From Heterodontus francisci (taxonomy: Eukaryota), in the NCBI RefSeq assembly GCF_036365525.1, contig NC_090404.1, forward strand, positions 10,230,001 through 10,294,000: a stretch of DNA of 64,000 bases, given 5' to 3'. The first letter of the stretch is position 1. Each line of letters opens with the position of its first letter. The position numbers and the translations under genes are program-made. Positions 24,401 through 36,086 of the stretch are shown here, piece after piece. A model generated the notes under the pieces. It saw only the letters and a list, made by a program, of their open reading frames with translations, did not search any database and was not told where the DNA came from.

Positions 24401-24615
24401 TCACTCAGTATTCCATGCTGCTGAAACACTAGAGAGTTCACACTGGGGAGAGGCTGTTCACCTGCTCCATGTGTGGAAAGGGATTCATAGGTTCATCCAA
24501 CTTGCTGATGTGCCAGGTAGTTCATGCTGGGAAGAGGCCGTTTACCTGCTGCATGTGTGAGAAGCAATTCACTCATTCATCCAACCTGGTGACTCACCAG
24601 CAAGTTCACAAGTGA
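21465..24615 (+). pseudogene. C2H2 zinc-finger pseudogene (unit 2), split by a CR1 insertion
   Basis: Fingers at 21465-21985 (FQCTNCGKSF; [14 protein letters not shown]...) with frameshifts and stops, resuming at ~24240-24615 with an in-frame TAG. Ends gttcacaagTGA, then the family trailer to ~24790. Confidence 0.9.
21986..24235 (-). mobile_element. CR1 LINE, 5'-truncated and internally deleted, inserted inside a finger
   Basis: [33 protein letters not shown] ORFs. Tail rc ...ttcgtatgttcgtat at 21984-21998. Confidence 0.92.
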
Positions 24616-25849
24616 CCACAGGGGTCAGATTCTGCTGTTATTGCTGCTTTTAATCACATTCAGGACTGAACTATGTTCATTCAGACAGATGGAGTTTTTT
24701 TTCCCTCCTGCTAATAACCACTATAACTGGGCTGGAGTTTAATATTTTGGAGAAATGTGAAATGAATCAGTTTTGTTTTAAATACACTGTTGAATATTTT
24801 TGTCAGTTGGGGTTTGTTGCTGCTGAATCGGAATTGACAGTGATAGACTGAGGTATAGACATAAGTGAATTTAAGAGAATCACTTGATTGGAGTAACTGA
24901 AGGGCGTTCTTTGTTTGTAATTGTGTTTATCTAATTTTGTCGCTAACTTTGGTGAGCAAATGACATTTTATCCATGAGAGATTCTGTTTCTGTATTTTAG
25001 AATCCAGGACCTGTTTCACAGCCTGTCTAGATGAAAAAACTTGGCTACCTACCGTTAATCTCTCTGTCGCTTCCTGTCCCACCCTGCTTTTCTGTTATAC
25101 TTGACTTTTCGAACTGCTAACTGCTTCACCCCATAAAACTCCCCAGAGTTGGTGATCACTGCCCTTTTATTGGCTGCCCTGTCTTGAGATACATATAACA
25201 AGCAGGTGGAGAAGTTGCACCATCAGAGATCATCATGAGTTAAATTATCTTGTGACAACAGCAATGAGAAATGATCCGTCTTCCTATTACTGATTTTTCT
25301 ACTGCCTCACCTCAAAGACCACAATAACAATCCTCTCCTTGAGTATCATGATTTATTGGATGAATTTGCATCCTGACACAGTGTGAATCCAGAGGTCATC
25401 CGATAAGGTCTATCTACCATCCCGTCACATGATGCAGCTAGCTCTATTCTGTCACCAAAAGTAATTTGCATTGGCATTGCTATTTTGCTTGCTAGCTAGC
25501 TGATATAGTTGTGCTGTTCTCCATTAATGTTTGTATCCTTACCTACTTTATTTAGAGGGAGAAATGTGTTTTAAATTGGTGTGTTTTGGTGGCATTAGAT
25601 TGGCTATGGATTTTATACACAGTTTAATTGCCCCATGTCCGTGGCTGAGTCACTAATTTTGACACATGTCTGTGGTGCAACATGTTGGTGCCTATCCCTG
25701 CTCTCAGCTGCTGTGAAAGTGTCTCCAGCACACTCACAGCTCTGATCAAAGTGACACTGCAAAAGCTCCAGATACAGTCCAGCACCTCGCCTGCGCGCTG
25801 GGCTCCTGTAGTGTGAATAAGGCACATTTACTTCCATGGGGAATGATCA

Positions 25850-26290
25850 GACACATCCGCAGGATGGAAAATGATCGCATGACCAAGGACCTCCCGTATG
25901 ATGAGGTGCCCTGGGCCAGACGACCAGTGGCCGCCTAAAGCTCCACTTCAAGGTTGCTTGCAATTGTGACAATGAAGGCCCCAAATGTCGACTATCACAG
26001 CTCGGATTCACTAGCTGATGAAAGCGGGAAATGGTGACACATCCTGTGGACTGGTTTGCACGACCACGATGACCAGTTGCTGCAGCAGCTTCACAACTGG
26101 CGCCAATGTCAAAAACAACAACTCACAGAGTCACTCGGCAGCTTCACCTGCAGCACTTGTGGCAGAACTTGCCTCTCAAGGATTGGCCTTCACAGCAACA
26201 GCAAAGGTGAACCAAGAGAAGACAACCCACTTCAATGTATTGCTTACTGTGAGTCCATCATCTTTCTGGAGATGGAAGGATGTCAACCAA
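25850..26290 (+). mobile_element. Old RTE-clade LINE 3' fragment
   Basis: HIRRMENDRMTKDL.Y.E-like stretch and SFTCSTCGRTCLSRIGLHS. Confidence 0.8.
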
Positions 26291-26469
26291 CCCGCCATTG
26301 AAAACCCCAAAAGCAGGTTCAGAGATTTCAGACATCTTTGTAAGGAGAGACGAATGGGTACAAGTAAATCAACATAACAATTAAAATGTGCCTGCATAAT
26401 ATTTTGCCCGAGAAGAACTGAAAATAAGATCCACCCAAGCTTTTTTTTTACAGAACAAGTACTAATAGT

Positions 26470-26785
26470 CATACAGCACTGAAACAGGCCCTTCGGCCCA
26501 CCGAGTCTGTGCCGACCAACAACATCCATTTATGCTAATCCTACATTAATCCCATGTCCCCGACCACAAACCCACCTTCCCTCAATTCTCCTACCACCTA
26601 CCGAAACTAGGGGCAATTTACAACAGCCAATTTACCCATCAACCTGCAAGTCTTTGGCTGTGGGAGGAAACCGGAGCACCGGCGAAAACCCACGCGGTCA
26701 CAGGGAGAACTTGCATACTCCTCGCAGGCAGTGCCCAGAACTGAACCCGGGTCGCTGGAGCTGTGAGGCTCACCACTGCGCCACC
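26470..26785 (-). mobile_element. V-SINE (HE1-like)
   Basis: Same V-domain and tail as 20113-20470, reverse orientation. Confidence 0.9.
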
Positions 26786-26804
26786 CTATGAAATGTCCTT
26801 TTCC

Positions 26805-27375
26805 GGAGTGACGCCCATCTTTCTCTAGGGCTGCGATGCTTTATTTCTCCTGGTTTAATCGCGTTCGTGCAGATTTGACCCGAACAAAGATGGTGGGCGG
26901 GGTTTGTCATTTCTCCCGAGCGGAGCAGCTGCGCATGCGCGAGTGGCGGTTGTCGGAGGCGCACGGTGAATTTTTTTCGCATCGGGAAATTTGAACGTGG
27001 GACGGTTTAACGGTCGCCGGCGTTGCCATGGCTGTGGGGGCGGGGCTTGATAACGGCGCGCGCCGGCACAGGTCGACCATCGAGCTGAGCAGCGGCAGGT
27101 GAGCGGCCAGGAGCAAGGCCGCGGAGAGAGCCTGGGGCTCGAGTGGGAGTCGGCAGGCCCCGGGCTGGCCTCTCTCCTGAAGAGGACACCACTCTGACTG
27201 GGGCCACCCAAAACACTCAAACACGGGGATTTTAATGTCACAGCCTTTGAGGGGGAGGCAATGGGTGCGAGAAAACCTGGTTGATAATGACTGAGCTTGG
27301 ATGGGTTTTGGTGTCTCCAGTGGGTGGGCTTCAGATTTTCCACCAGTCCCTTTGAGGAAAGGACTGGCTGCAAGT
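26805..27375 (+). promoter_or_regulatory. CpG promoter and non-coding first exon of zinc-finger unit 3
   Basis: Paralogue of 14170-14750. NRF1-type GCGCATGCGC 26931-26940, GC boxes, donor CAG|GTGAGC at 27099, acceptor cttttaCAG at 31013. Confidence 0.8.
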
Positions 27376-27749
27376 TTTTACTAATTCATTCTTGGGATGT
27401 GGGCATCGCTGGTAAAGCTGGTATTTATTACCCTGTCCCTAGCCACCCCTTGAGAAGATGCTGGTGGTGGGCGGCCGCCTCTTTGAACCGATTTCATACG
27501 ACTGAGTGGCTCGTTCGGCCACTTCAGGAGCAGTTAATAGTCACCCATGTTAGTGTAAGATTTCAGCCACATATACAGGCCCAGACTGGGTAACGACAGC
27601 AGGTTTCCATCCCTCGAGGGACATCAAACAACCAATTTTACATTAATTGTGAAAAAGCGGTCTATCTGGTCCTTTATCCCTTTTCTGTTTGTGGGATCTT
27701 GCTGTGCACATCTTATGCTGCCCAAGTTAACTGACATTACAAGACCTGC

Positions 27750-30700
27750 ATTTATTGCCCATCTCTAATTTCCCTTGAGAAGATGGTGGTGAGCTGCCGT
27801 CTTGAACGGCAACAGTCCATGTGAGGTAGGTACACCCACAGTGCTGTTAGGAAGGGAGTTCCAGGATTTTGACCCAGTGACAGTGAAGGAACAGTGATAC
27901 AGTTCCAAGTCAGGATGGTGTGTGGCTTGGAGGTGAACTTGCAGGTGATGGTGTTCCCATGCATCTGCTGCCCTTGTTCTTCTAGATGGTTGAGGTTATG
28001 GGTTTGGAAGGTGCTGTCTAAGGAACCGTGGTGCATTGCTGCAGTGCATCTTGTAGATGGTACACACTGCTGCCACTGTGCATCAGTGGTGGAGGGAGCG
28101 AATGTTTGCGGATGGGGTGCCATTCAAGGAGGCTGCATTATCCTGGTTGCTGTTGAGCTTCTTGAGTGCTGTTGGAGCTGCATCCATTACTCACTGCAGG
28201 ATTCCTAGCTTCTGATCTGCTCTTGTAGCCAGGCCATTTATATGGCTACTCTGGTTCAGGTTCTGGTCAATGGTAACCCTCAGCATGTTGATAGTGGGAG
28301 ATTCAGTGATTGTGATGCCATTGAATGTCAAGGAGAGTTGCTTAGATTCTCCCTTCTTTGAGATAGTCATTGCCTGGCGCTTGTGTGGCATGAATATTAC
28401 TTGCCACTTATCAGGGAAAGCCTGGACAATATCCAGGCTTTGCTGCATTTCTACACAGACAGCTTCAGTATCTGAAGAGTCGCGATTGGTGCTGAACACT
28501 GCGATCATCACTGAACATCCCCACTTCTGACCTTATGACTGAAGGAAGGTCAGAGATGAAGCAGCTGAAGATGATTGGGCCTACCCTGAGGAACTCCTGC
28601 ATTAATGTCCTGGAGCGGAGATGATTGACCCCCAACAACACCACCATCTTCCTTTGTGTTAGGTATGACTTCAACCAGTGGAGAGTTTTGCCCCTGATCC
28701 CCATTGACTCCAGGTTTGCTGGAGCTCCTTGATGCCATATTCGATCAAATGCTGCCTTGATGTCAAAGGCAATCACTCTCACCTAACCTCTTGAATTCAG
28801 CTCTTTTGTCCATGTTTGAACCAAGGCTGTGATGAGGTCAGGAGCTGAAAGGCCCTGGCGGAACCCAAACTGAGCGCCAATGAGCAGGTTATTGCTGAGC
28901 AAGTGCTGCTTGATAGCACTGTTGTCAACAGCTTCCATCACTTTACTGATGATCGCGAATAGACTGATGGGGCAGTAATTGGCCGGGTTGGATCTCTCCT
29001 GCCTTTTGTGTATATTACATATCTGGGCAATTTTCCACATTGCCGGATCGATACCAGTGTTGTAGCTGTACTGGAACAGCTTGGCTAGGGGTGCAGCAAG
29101 TTCTGGAGCACAAGTCTTCAGTACTATTGCCGGAATGTTGTCAGGGTCCAAATGCTTTGCAGTATCCAATGCCTTCAATCGTTTCTTGGTATCACGTGGC
29201 GTGAATCCAATTGGCTGAAGACTGGCATCTGTGATGCTGGGGACCTCAGTAGGAGGCTGAGATGCCTGAAGATTGTTGCAAATGCTTCAGCCTTATCCTT
29301 TGCACAGTTGTGCAGGGCTCCCCCCATCATTGAGGATGGGGATATTTGTGGAGCCACCTCCTCCAGTTAGTTGTTTAATTGCCTGCCCCCAATTACAACT
29401 GGATCTGGCAGGACTGCAGAGCTTAGATCTGATCTGTTGTTTGTGGGATCGCCTAGCTCTGTCTATCACATGCTGCTTTCGCTGTTTGGCACGCGGTTGT
29501 AGCTTCACCAGGTTGACATCTTATTTTGAGGTATACCTGGTGCTTCTCCTGGCATGCCCTCCTGCACTCTTCATTGAACCAATTTGGTCACCTGGCTTGA
29601 TGATTATGGTAGAGTGGGGGATATGCCGGGCCATGAGGTTACAGATTGTGGTCGAGTGCAATTCTGCTGCTGCTGCTGATGGCCCACAGCGCCTCATGGC
29701 CGCCCAGTTTTGCTTTGCTAGATCTGTTTGAAATCGATCCCATTCAACACGGTGGCAGTGCCATAAAACACAATGGAGGGTATCCTCAGTGTGAAGACGG
29801 GACTTCGTTTCCACAAGAACTGTGTGGTGGTCACTCCTACCAATACGGTCATGGACAGATGCATCTGCAGCAGGCGGATTGGTGAGGACGAGGTTAGGTA
29901 CGTTTTTCCATTTTGTTGGTTCCTTCACCAACTGCCACAGACCGAGTCTGGCAGCTATGCTTTTTTGGACTTGGCCAGTAATAGTGCTACCGAGTCACTC
30001 TTGGTGATGAGTACCGCCAGAGTACATTCTGTGCCCTTGCCACCCTCCGTGCTGTTCCAAGTGCAAGTCCACTTGCTCCAAGTGCTGTTCAACATGGAGG
30101 AGTACTGATTCATCAGCTGTTGGGGCGGGCGGGGGGGGGGGTGATGATCAGCAGGAGGTTTCCTTGCCCAGGTTTGACCCGAAGCCATGAGACTTCATGG
30201 GGTCTGGCATCGATGTTGACTCCCAGGGCAACCCCTGACTGTATACCACTGTGTTGCCACCTCTGCTGGGTCTGTCCTGCTAGTGGGGCAGGCCATACCC
30301 AGGGATGGTGATGGTGGTGTCTGGGACATTGTCTGTAAGGTATGATTCGGTGAGTATGACTATGTCAGGCTGCTGCTTGACTAGTCTGTGGGACAGCTCT
30401 CCCAACTTTAGCACAAAGCCCCCAGATTTTAGAAGGAGAACTTTGCAGGGTCCACAGGGCTCGGTTTTCTGTTGTTATTTCCGGTGCTTTGGTCGATGCC
30501 GGGTGGTCCATCCAGTTTCGTTCTTTATTGACTTTGTAGCGGTTTTGATACAACAGAGTGGCTGGCTCAGCCATTTCAGAGTCAACCGCATCGCCTGGGG
30601 ATCTGGAGTCCATGTAGGCCAGGCTAGGCCAGGTCAGGATGGCAGATAGTGAACCAGATGGGTTTTTACAACAATCAACAGTGGTTTCATGGCCATCATT

Positions 30701-30838
30701 AGGCTAGCTTTTTAATTCTAGATTTATGAATTGAATTCACATTCCACCTTCTGCCATAGTGGAATTTGAACCCATGTCCCTGGAGGTATTCTCTGGGTCA
30801 TTAGTCCAGTGATAATACCACTGCACCACCGCCTCCCC
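27750..30838 (-). mobile_element. Near full-length CR1/L2-group (Crack/Daphne-like) LINE with tRNA-derived 5' head and no ORF1
   Basis: Head with A box (rc 30818-30828) and B box (rc 30761-30772). APE endonuclease start ~30430 (GELSHRLVKQQPDIVILTESYL...IPGY...DRPSRGG), SDHHTV, PDNIPAIVLKTCAPELA, QFGFRQG, DIKAAFDRIWH. 3' tail ...agggaaattagagatgggcaataaatgc. Confidence 0.88.
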
Positions 30839-31354
30839 GGTATCGTGGGATAAGTTTGGATTTCAGCACAGGGAGGAGGGAGAGTGTGTGGGACGAGGAT
30901 TTACAGCTTTGGGGGCACAAGAGAGGAAATAATGTTCCATAGAAACTAGGATTGTCTGTTCTGAATTTCTATGCTGTATTGATGGTGATGACTTCTGTAA
31001 ATCTCTTTTACAGGGTATTAGAAGGGGAAGATTTGCAGACTCAAACTCAAACCAAACATCACGTCAAGAACTGACAGAGACACTCAATTCACCAGAACCT
31101 GAATATCATCGGCTTTTGAATGTGGAAAGAAAAATGTTTGTCTGTCTGCCTGTAGGATAAGATTTCAAACATCAGTGTGACTGGAAAAGCACCAAGACAC
31201 ACGCACACCCGATGAGAGTGTTCCAGTGCACTGACTGGAAAAAACATTACATCAATCACAGCAGGGGGAAACTGTACACCCACTGTGTGTGTGTGTGTGT
31301 GGACAGGGTTTCAAGTGAGCGTCCAACCTGGAGAGACGCAAGGACACCCACACC

Positions 31355-32113
31355 ACGGAGAGACCATGGAAATGTGGGGACTGTGGAAAGGGATTTACTT
31401 CCCCATCCCAGCTGGAAACTCATCGTCGCATTCACACTGGGGAGAGGCCATTCACCTGCTCCGTGTGTGAGAAGGGATTCATTCGGTCCTCCCACCTGCT
31501 GACACACCAGCGAGTTCACACTGGAGAGAGGCCGTTTACCTGCTCCATGTGTGGGAAGGGATTCACTGAAGCATCCAACCTTTTGAGACACAAGCGGGTT
31601 CACACTGGGGAGAAGCCGTTCACCTGCTCTGTGTGTGGGAAGCAATTCACTCAGTCAGCCCACCTGCTGAAACATCAGAGAATTCACACTGGGGAGAGGC
31701 CATTCACCTGCTGTGTGTGCGAGAAGGGATTCATTGATTCATCCCACCTGCTGTCACACCAGCGCATTCACACTGGGGAGAGGCCGTTCACCTGCTCTGT
31801 GTGTGGGAAGGGATTCACTCATTCATCAAACCTGCTGATACACCAGCGAATTCACACTCGAGAGAAGCCATTCACCTGCTCCGTTTGTGGGAAGGAATTC
31901 ACTCAGTCATCTCACCTTCTGACACACCAGCGAATTCACACTGGGGAGAGGCTATTCACCTGCTCCGTGTGTGAGAAGGCATTCATTAATTCATCCGTCC
32001 TGCTGAGACACCAGCGCATTCACACCGGGGAGAAGCCTTTCACCTGCTCCATTTGTGGAGAGGGATTTAATCAATCGTCTGTTCTGCTGAGACACCAGCG
32101 AGTTCACAAGTGA
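31355..32113 (+). CDS. C2H2 zinc-finger reading frame, 9 intact fingers (unit 3); usual ATG is ACG
   Basis: Open from the TGA at 31316-31318 to the TGA at 32111-32113, with 9 canonical fingers and TGE(R/K)P linkers. ACG at 31355 aligns with the ATG of MEKPW in unit 1. First in-frame ATG is 31547. Confidence 0.75.
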   Translation, partial: TERPWKCGDCGKGFTSPSQLETHRRIHTGERPFTCSVCEKGFIRSSHLLTHQRVHTGERPFTCSMCGKGFTEASNLLRHKRVHTGEKPFTCSVCGKQFTQSAHLLKHQRIHTGERPFTCCVCEKGFIDSSHLLSHQRIHTGERPFTCSVCGKGFTHSSNLLIHQRIHTREKPFTCSVCGKEFTQSSHLLTHQRIHTGERLFTCSVCEKAFINSSVLLRHQRIHTGEKPFTCSICGEGFNQSSVLLRHQRVHK

Positions 32114-32174
32114 CTGCAGGGTTTGGATTCTGCTGTTATTGCTGCTGTTAATTGCATCCTGGGCTGAATCCTGA

Positions 32175-33095
32175 CTGGAAGCCTGTTTCCAGTTGGGATT
32201 CCACAGGGCTCAAAACTAGGCTGCTTTTGTGGTTATGTATCAATGATTTAGACTTGAATGGAGGGGCTCTGATTAAGAAGTTTGCAGCTGATAACGATTG
32301 GTCGTATGGTTGATAAAGTTTCTGCTCCAGAACTTGTCGCACCCCTAGCCAAGCTGTTCCAGTACAGCTACAATGGCAATGTGGCATCTACCCAGCAATG
32401 TGGAAAATTGCCAGGTATGTCCTGACTCCCCAAAGCCTGTCCACCATTTACAGGGCACAAATCAGGAGTGTGATTGAATAATCTCTACTTGCCTGGATGG
32501 GTGCAGCTCCAACAACAGTGAAGAAGCTCGACACCATCCACGTCAAAAGAGCCCGCTTGATTGGCACCCAGTCCACAAATATTCACTCCCTCCACCACCG
32601 ATGCACAGTGGCAGCAGTTTGTGTACCATCTACAAGACGCGCTGCAGCAATGCACCAAGGCTCTTTTGACAGCACCTTTGAAACCTGCGACCTCTACCAT
32701 CTACAAGGACAAGAGCAGCAGATGCCTGGGAACACCACCATGTGAAAGTTCCCCTCCAAGCCACACACCATCCTGACTTGGAACTATATCACTGTTCCTT
32801 CACTGTTGCTGGGTCAAAATCCTGGAACTCCCTTCCGAATAGCACTGTGGGTGTGCCTATACCCCAAGACTGCAGTGGTTCAAGAAGGCAGCTCACCGCC
32901 ACCTTCTCAAGGGAAATTAGAGATGGGCAATAAATGCTGGTCTAGCCAGCAGTGCCCACATCCCACGAACGAGTAAAACTGACAGGGCTATGGAGCAAGA
33001 GCTGGAAAGTGGAAATAGGCTGGATAGTTCTTTTTTGGCCAGCACAGAAATGATGGGCCGAATGGCCTCCTGTGCAACTAGTTTTCTATGTTTCT
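32175..33095 (+). mobile_element. CR1 fragment with nested Crack-like LINE 3' fragment (32322-32975), inserted in the unit-3 trailer
   Basis: MGAAPTTVKKLDTI..., tail gggaaattagagatgggcaataaatgctgg. The trailer resumes at 33095. Confidence 0.85.
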
Positions 33096-33845
33096 GTTCT
33101 GAGAGTTGGGGTTTGTTTCTGCTGATAATAACCCCTCAAACTGGGCTGGAGTTTAATATTCTGGATGGATTTGAAATCAATCATCTCTTGTTTTAAACAC
33201 AGTGTTGTAGATTTTTGTCTTTCCCACCTGAGTGTTTAACATCACCTGGCTAGAGCTCAGAAAGGACAATCTTGGGGAAGGATCATACGGCAGGAACAGA
33301 ACGTCAGCCTGGACAGTCCTTCAGGATCTCACTGAGAGGGACAAACAGCACCTTCGTCTTGTCGTCTCTCTTCACTGACTGCAAAGTTCCCATGCAGGTT
33401 AATCCTGAGGCATGTAAGAAATGTGTCCCAGCCACTCTTTTCCATGGTTCAGAGCTCCTGGGCACGGAACAGAAGGCTCCTTTACAACTGTGTTTAGGGT
33501 CAGGAAGAACAACGGTGAATGCTGGAAACGTGCTGTCAAATCAGAGATTGGTGTAAAACTGTGATCTGTTCCTGACTGAAAGTGAAACGGCGGGTTTAAA
33601 TTTCCAGTCTGAAAATGACTGTGGTAATTAATCTACTAAGATTTAACGTGTTTGTGCGACAGTCCTGAGTTGTTTTCATGCAGGCGTTAACTCATTTAAA
33701 ATCCATTTCAAATAACTTGGTCACAGTCTGCATTAAAATGGCAGGTGCAGGAGTTCACGGGAGCCTGTTAACTGCTGGTACAATTATACAACAGACATTT
33801 GATCTCCAGACAAAGAAGGACCTGCAGCGTGTTTCCTGCAGCCAC
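33095..33845 (+). repeat. Zinc-finger 3' trailer plus conserved downstream flank
   Basis: Closely matches the reverse complement of 48320-49055 and 4915-5443. Confidence 0.88.
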
Positions 33846-33949
33846 GTGTCAGTAATGGCTATCAGATCGTACTTATTTATTTCTATTTGCGCTCTCAGTT
33901 CATCTGTTTTGTTTCGAATTCTACGTGCATTCAGATTCAGAGCCCTTTA

Positions 33950-34117
33950 GTTGCAACTGTGCAACAGCCCCGACAAACAAATTTCTCTGCAGCACCTGTG
34001 GAAGAGCCTGTCACTCCAGAATTGGCCTTTATAGCCACTCCAGGCGCTGCTTCACAAACCACTGACCACCTCCAGGCGCGTATCCATTGTCTCTCGAGAT
34101 AAGGAGGCCCAAAGAAG
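33950..34117 (+). mobile_element. RTE 3' end inside a CR1 fragment (33850-34255, -)
   Basis: Matches the reverse complement of 7081-7240 (ccactccaggcgctgc...ccactgaccacctccaggcgc...aaagaag). Confidence 0.85.
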
Positions 34118-34259
34118 TTTTGTCCTTTTATTATTTTCGTAACCTCTAGCCTTATCTGCTGATTTACTGTTAGATTTGTACTCACTGTCCCTTCCTGTCA
34201 CAGTCTTTTTATCTTTTCCCATATTAATACCTTTCTCTCTTGCCTTGTCTCTACCCATT

Positions 34260-34505
34260 GTGCTGGACATGATAGAGGTTTGGATCAGGGAATGATGCAG
34301 GGAACAGTCCCATCAGAATGCTGAAATGGAAGGGGAGGATGTGTCTGGTGGTGGCATCACACTGGAGGTGAGGGAAATGATGGAGGATGATGTGTTGAAT
34401 GTGGATGCTGGTAGAGTGGAAGGTGAGGACAAGGGGAACCCTATCGTGCTTCTGGAACATGGGGAAAGGGGTAAGAGCAAACGTGCGAGAAATGGAATGG
34501 AACAG
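34260..34505 (-). mobile_element. Penelope-like element fragment
   Basis: DRVPLVLTFHSTSIHIQHIILHHFPHLQ.D, the same region as 41540-41640. Confidence 0.8.
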
Positions 34506-34969
34506 GATAGAGGAGGCTGGAGGGAGCAGGTTAATAAACCCTGGGGCAACACGGACTTCACACAAACTGAGTGTAGTCCCAGACCCCAATATAAACAGGG
34601 AACATTATCCGATTTACAGACATCCGGTGTAGGTCTCAAACCCAGAATAAGTACCTTTCGGTCCCACGTTTGAATCTAACCTGTGGTGTACTTGCTGTGG
34701 GAGTGTTTGATGCAACAGTGTAGAGGGAGCTTTACTCTGTATACAGCCCATGGTGTATCTGACTGGAGAATGCTTCGAGCAGACGCCAGGTACTCAGAAT
34801 TTCCCATTTCTATTTCCCTGACGCTGACATCCATCACTATAAACTAAGGATGAGATAAACCCATCAGTTTTTCCTCGGTCACAGATCTGGAGGGACAGTG
34901 AGTGTCTGGAACATTTTTGTACAGTCTGCTCGATATTTCATCCCTGTGTTTCCATCTTTTGGTGATGAT

Positions 34970-35380
34970 TTGAATTTGAGATCCTCTAGTTATTGACTCA
35001 CCGACCACTGGGAATACATTTTCCTCATTTACCTGATGAAGTTTTGGACCTCTCCCTCAGATCTCCAATGACTTTGTTCTAATGAAAAGAGCCCCAGTTT
35101 CTCTAATCTCTCCTGATAACTAAAGCCTCTCTTCCCTGGTATCATCTCAGTGAATCTCTTCTGCACCCTCTCCATGGCCTTGACGTCCTTCCTGGTGTAA
35201 GATCCCCAAAACCTGACCCAATATTCTAACTGCAGCCTAACCAATGATTTGTATAGGTTTACATGACTTCTGTCCTTTTGTACTCTACACCCCTAATTAT
35301 AAAGCCTCGGATCCCAATGTGTTTTTTAACCACTTCATCAACTTGTCCTCCAACGTTTAAAAGTTTGTGTATCCGAACCA
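34970..35380 (-). mobile_element. Old CR1 fragment
   Basis: VRLQLEYWVRFW...MERVQKRFT.MIPG...LGLFSLE. Confidence 0.8.
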
Positions 35381-35650
35381 TTTGCAGGTTTCAAAGATAT
35401 TAACATCATATGTCTAAAATACATTGACATCAAATGTCCGATATATGTATTCTGGGATAGAAAAGTTTAGTCTGAGTTAGAAACTCGAACAGGTGCCTCA
35501 CTGCAGCCAGGTCACTATGGCAACACTGATAAGACATTCCATTCCACAGAATCGACTCATTGGAAACTGTAATCAGATCAGGAGAAAGGACCGGGCTTGT
35601 CTGTTATTAACGGCAATATAAACTTAAACCAAATTGAGCAATATATAATG

Positions 35651-36086
35651 TGTGATGTTTATATCTGCAATTGTGAAACTGTAAGAAACAACAGAATTAA
35701 CAGGCAGGGTAGTTTAAGGATAATAAGAAAATTACTGAAGAAAAGTAACTGCTGGGAACCAGGGAATGTGTCCTTGTAAATCACAGATTAGAGAAATTCC
35801 AGCTGAGTTTTCCTAACTTCCTGCTAAAACCCAGTGGAGAAGACAGAGAGTCAGGGACCAGTGCTGGATCACTGTAGGGTATAAAAATGAGGGGGTACTG
35901 CTGTAAAGGGGCAGTCAGGACTGGAGACACCGGAGATCAAGCTCGGGGCACCCGAGGTTCCATCCAGCAGGCTGACCTCGTGTAAGTGACTGTGAACACA
36001 TGGGACTTGCATGTTTACTCTGATTGATGGATCAATATACGATACAGTAGAGGACAGAGAATCTGTTCAACTTATATTTCTTAACA
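35651..36086 (+). mobile_element. Possible solo LTR
   Basis: TGT...ACA ends, TATAAAA at ~35880 and a degenerate poly(A)-like signal ~36033. No TSD seen. Confidence 0.35.

Noticed and set aside
24830-25640. Unassigned AT-rich stretch after the unit-2 trailer
   Set aside because: No ORF, repeat structure or in-window homology found by eye; it cannot be classified.
31256-31645. Antisense and alternate-frame ORFs over finger arrays and LINEs
   Set aside because: Shadow ORFs caused by the repetitive codon structure.
33272-33556. ORF similar to 48546-48764 (MQVN.E.CKKCVPATL.HGSELLG)
   Set aside because: It lies in the duplicated downstream flank, starts differ and the third copy has a deletion; there is no evidence of coding constraint.
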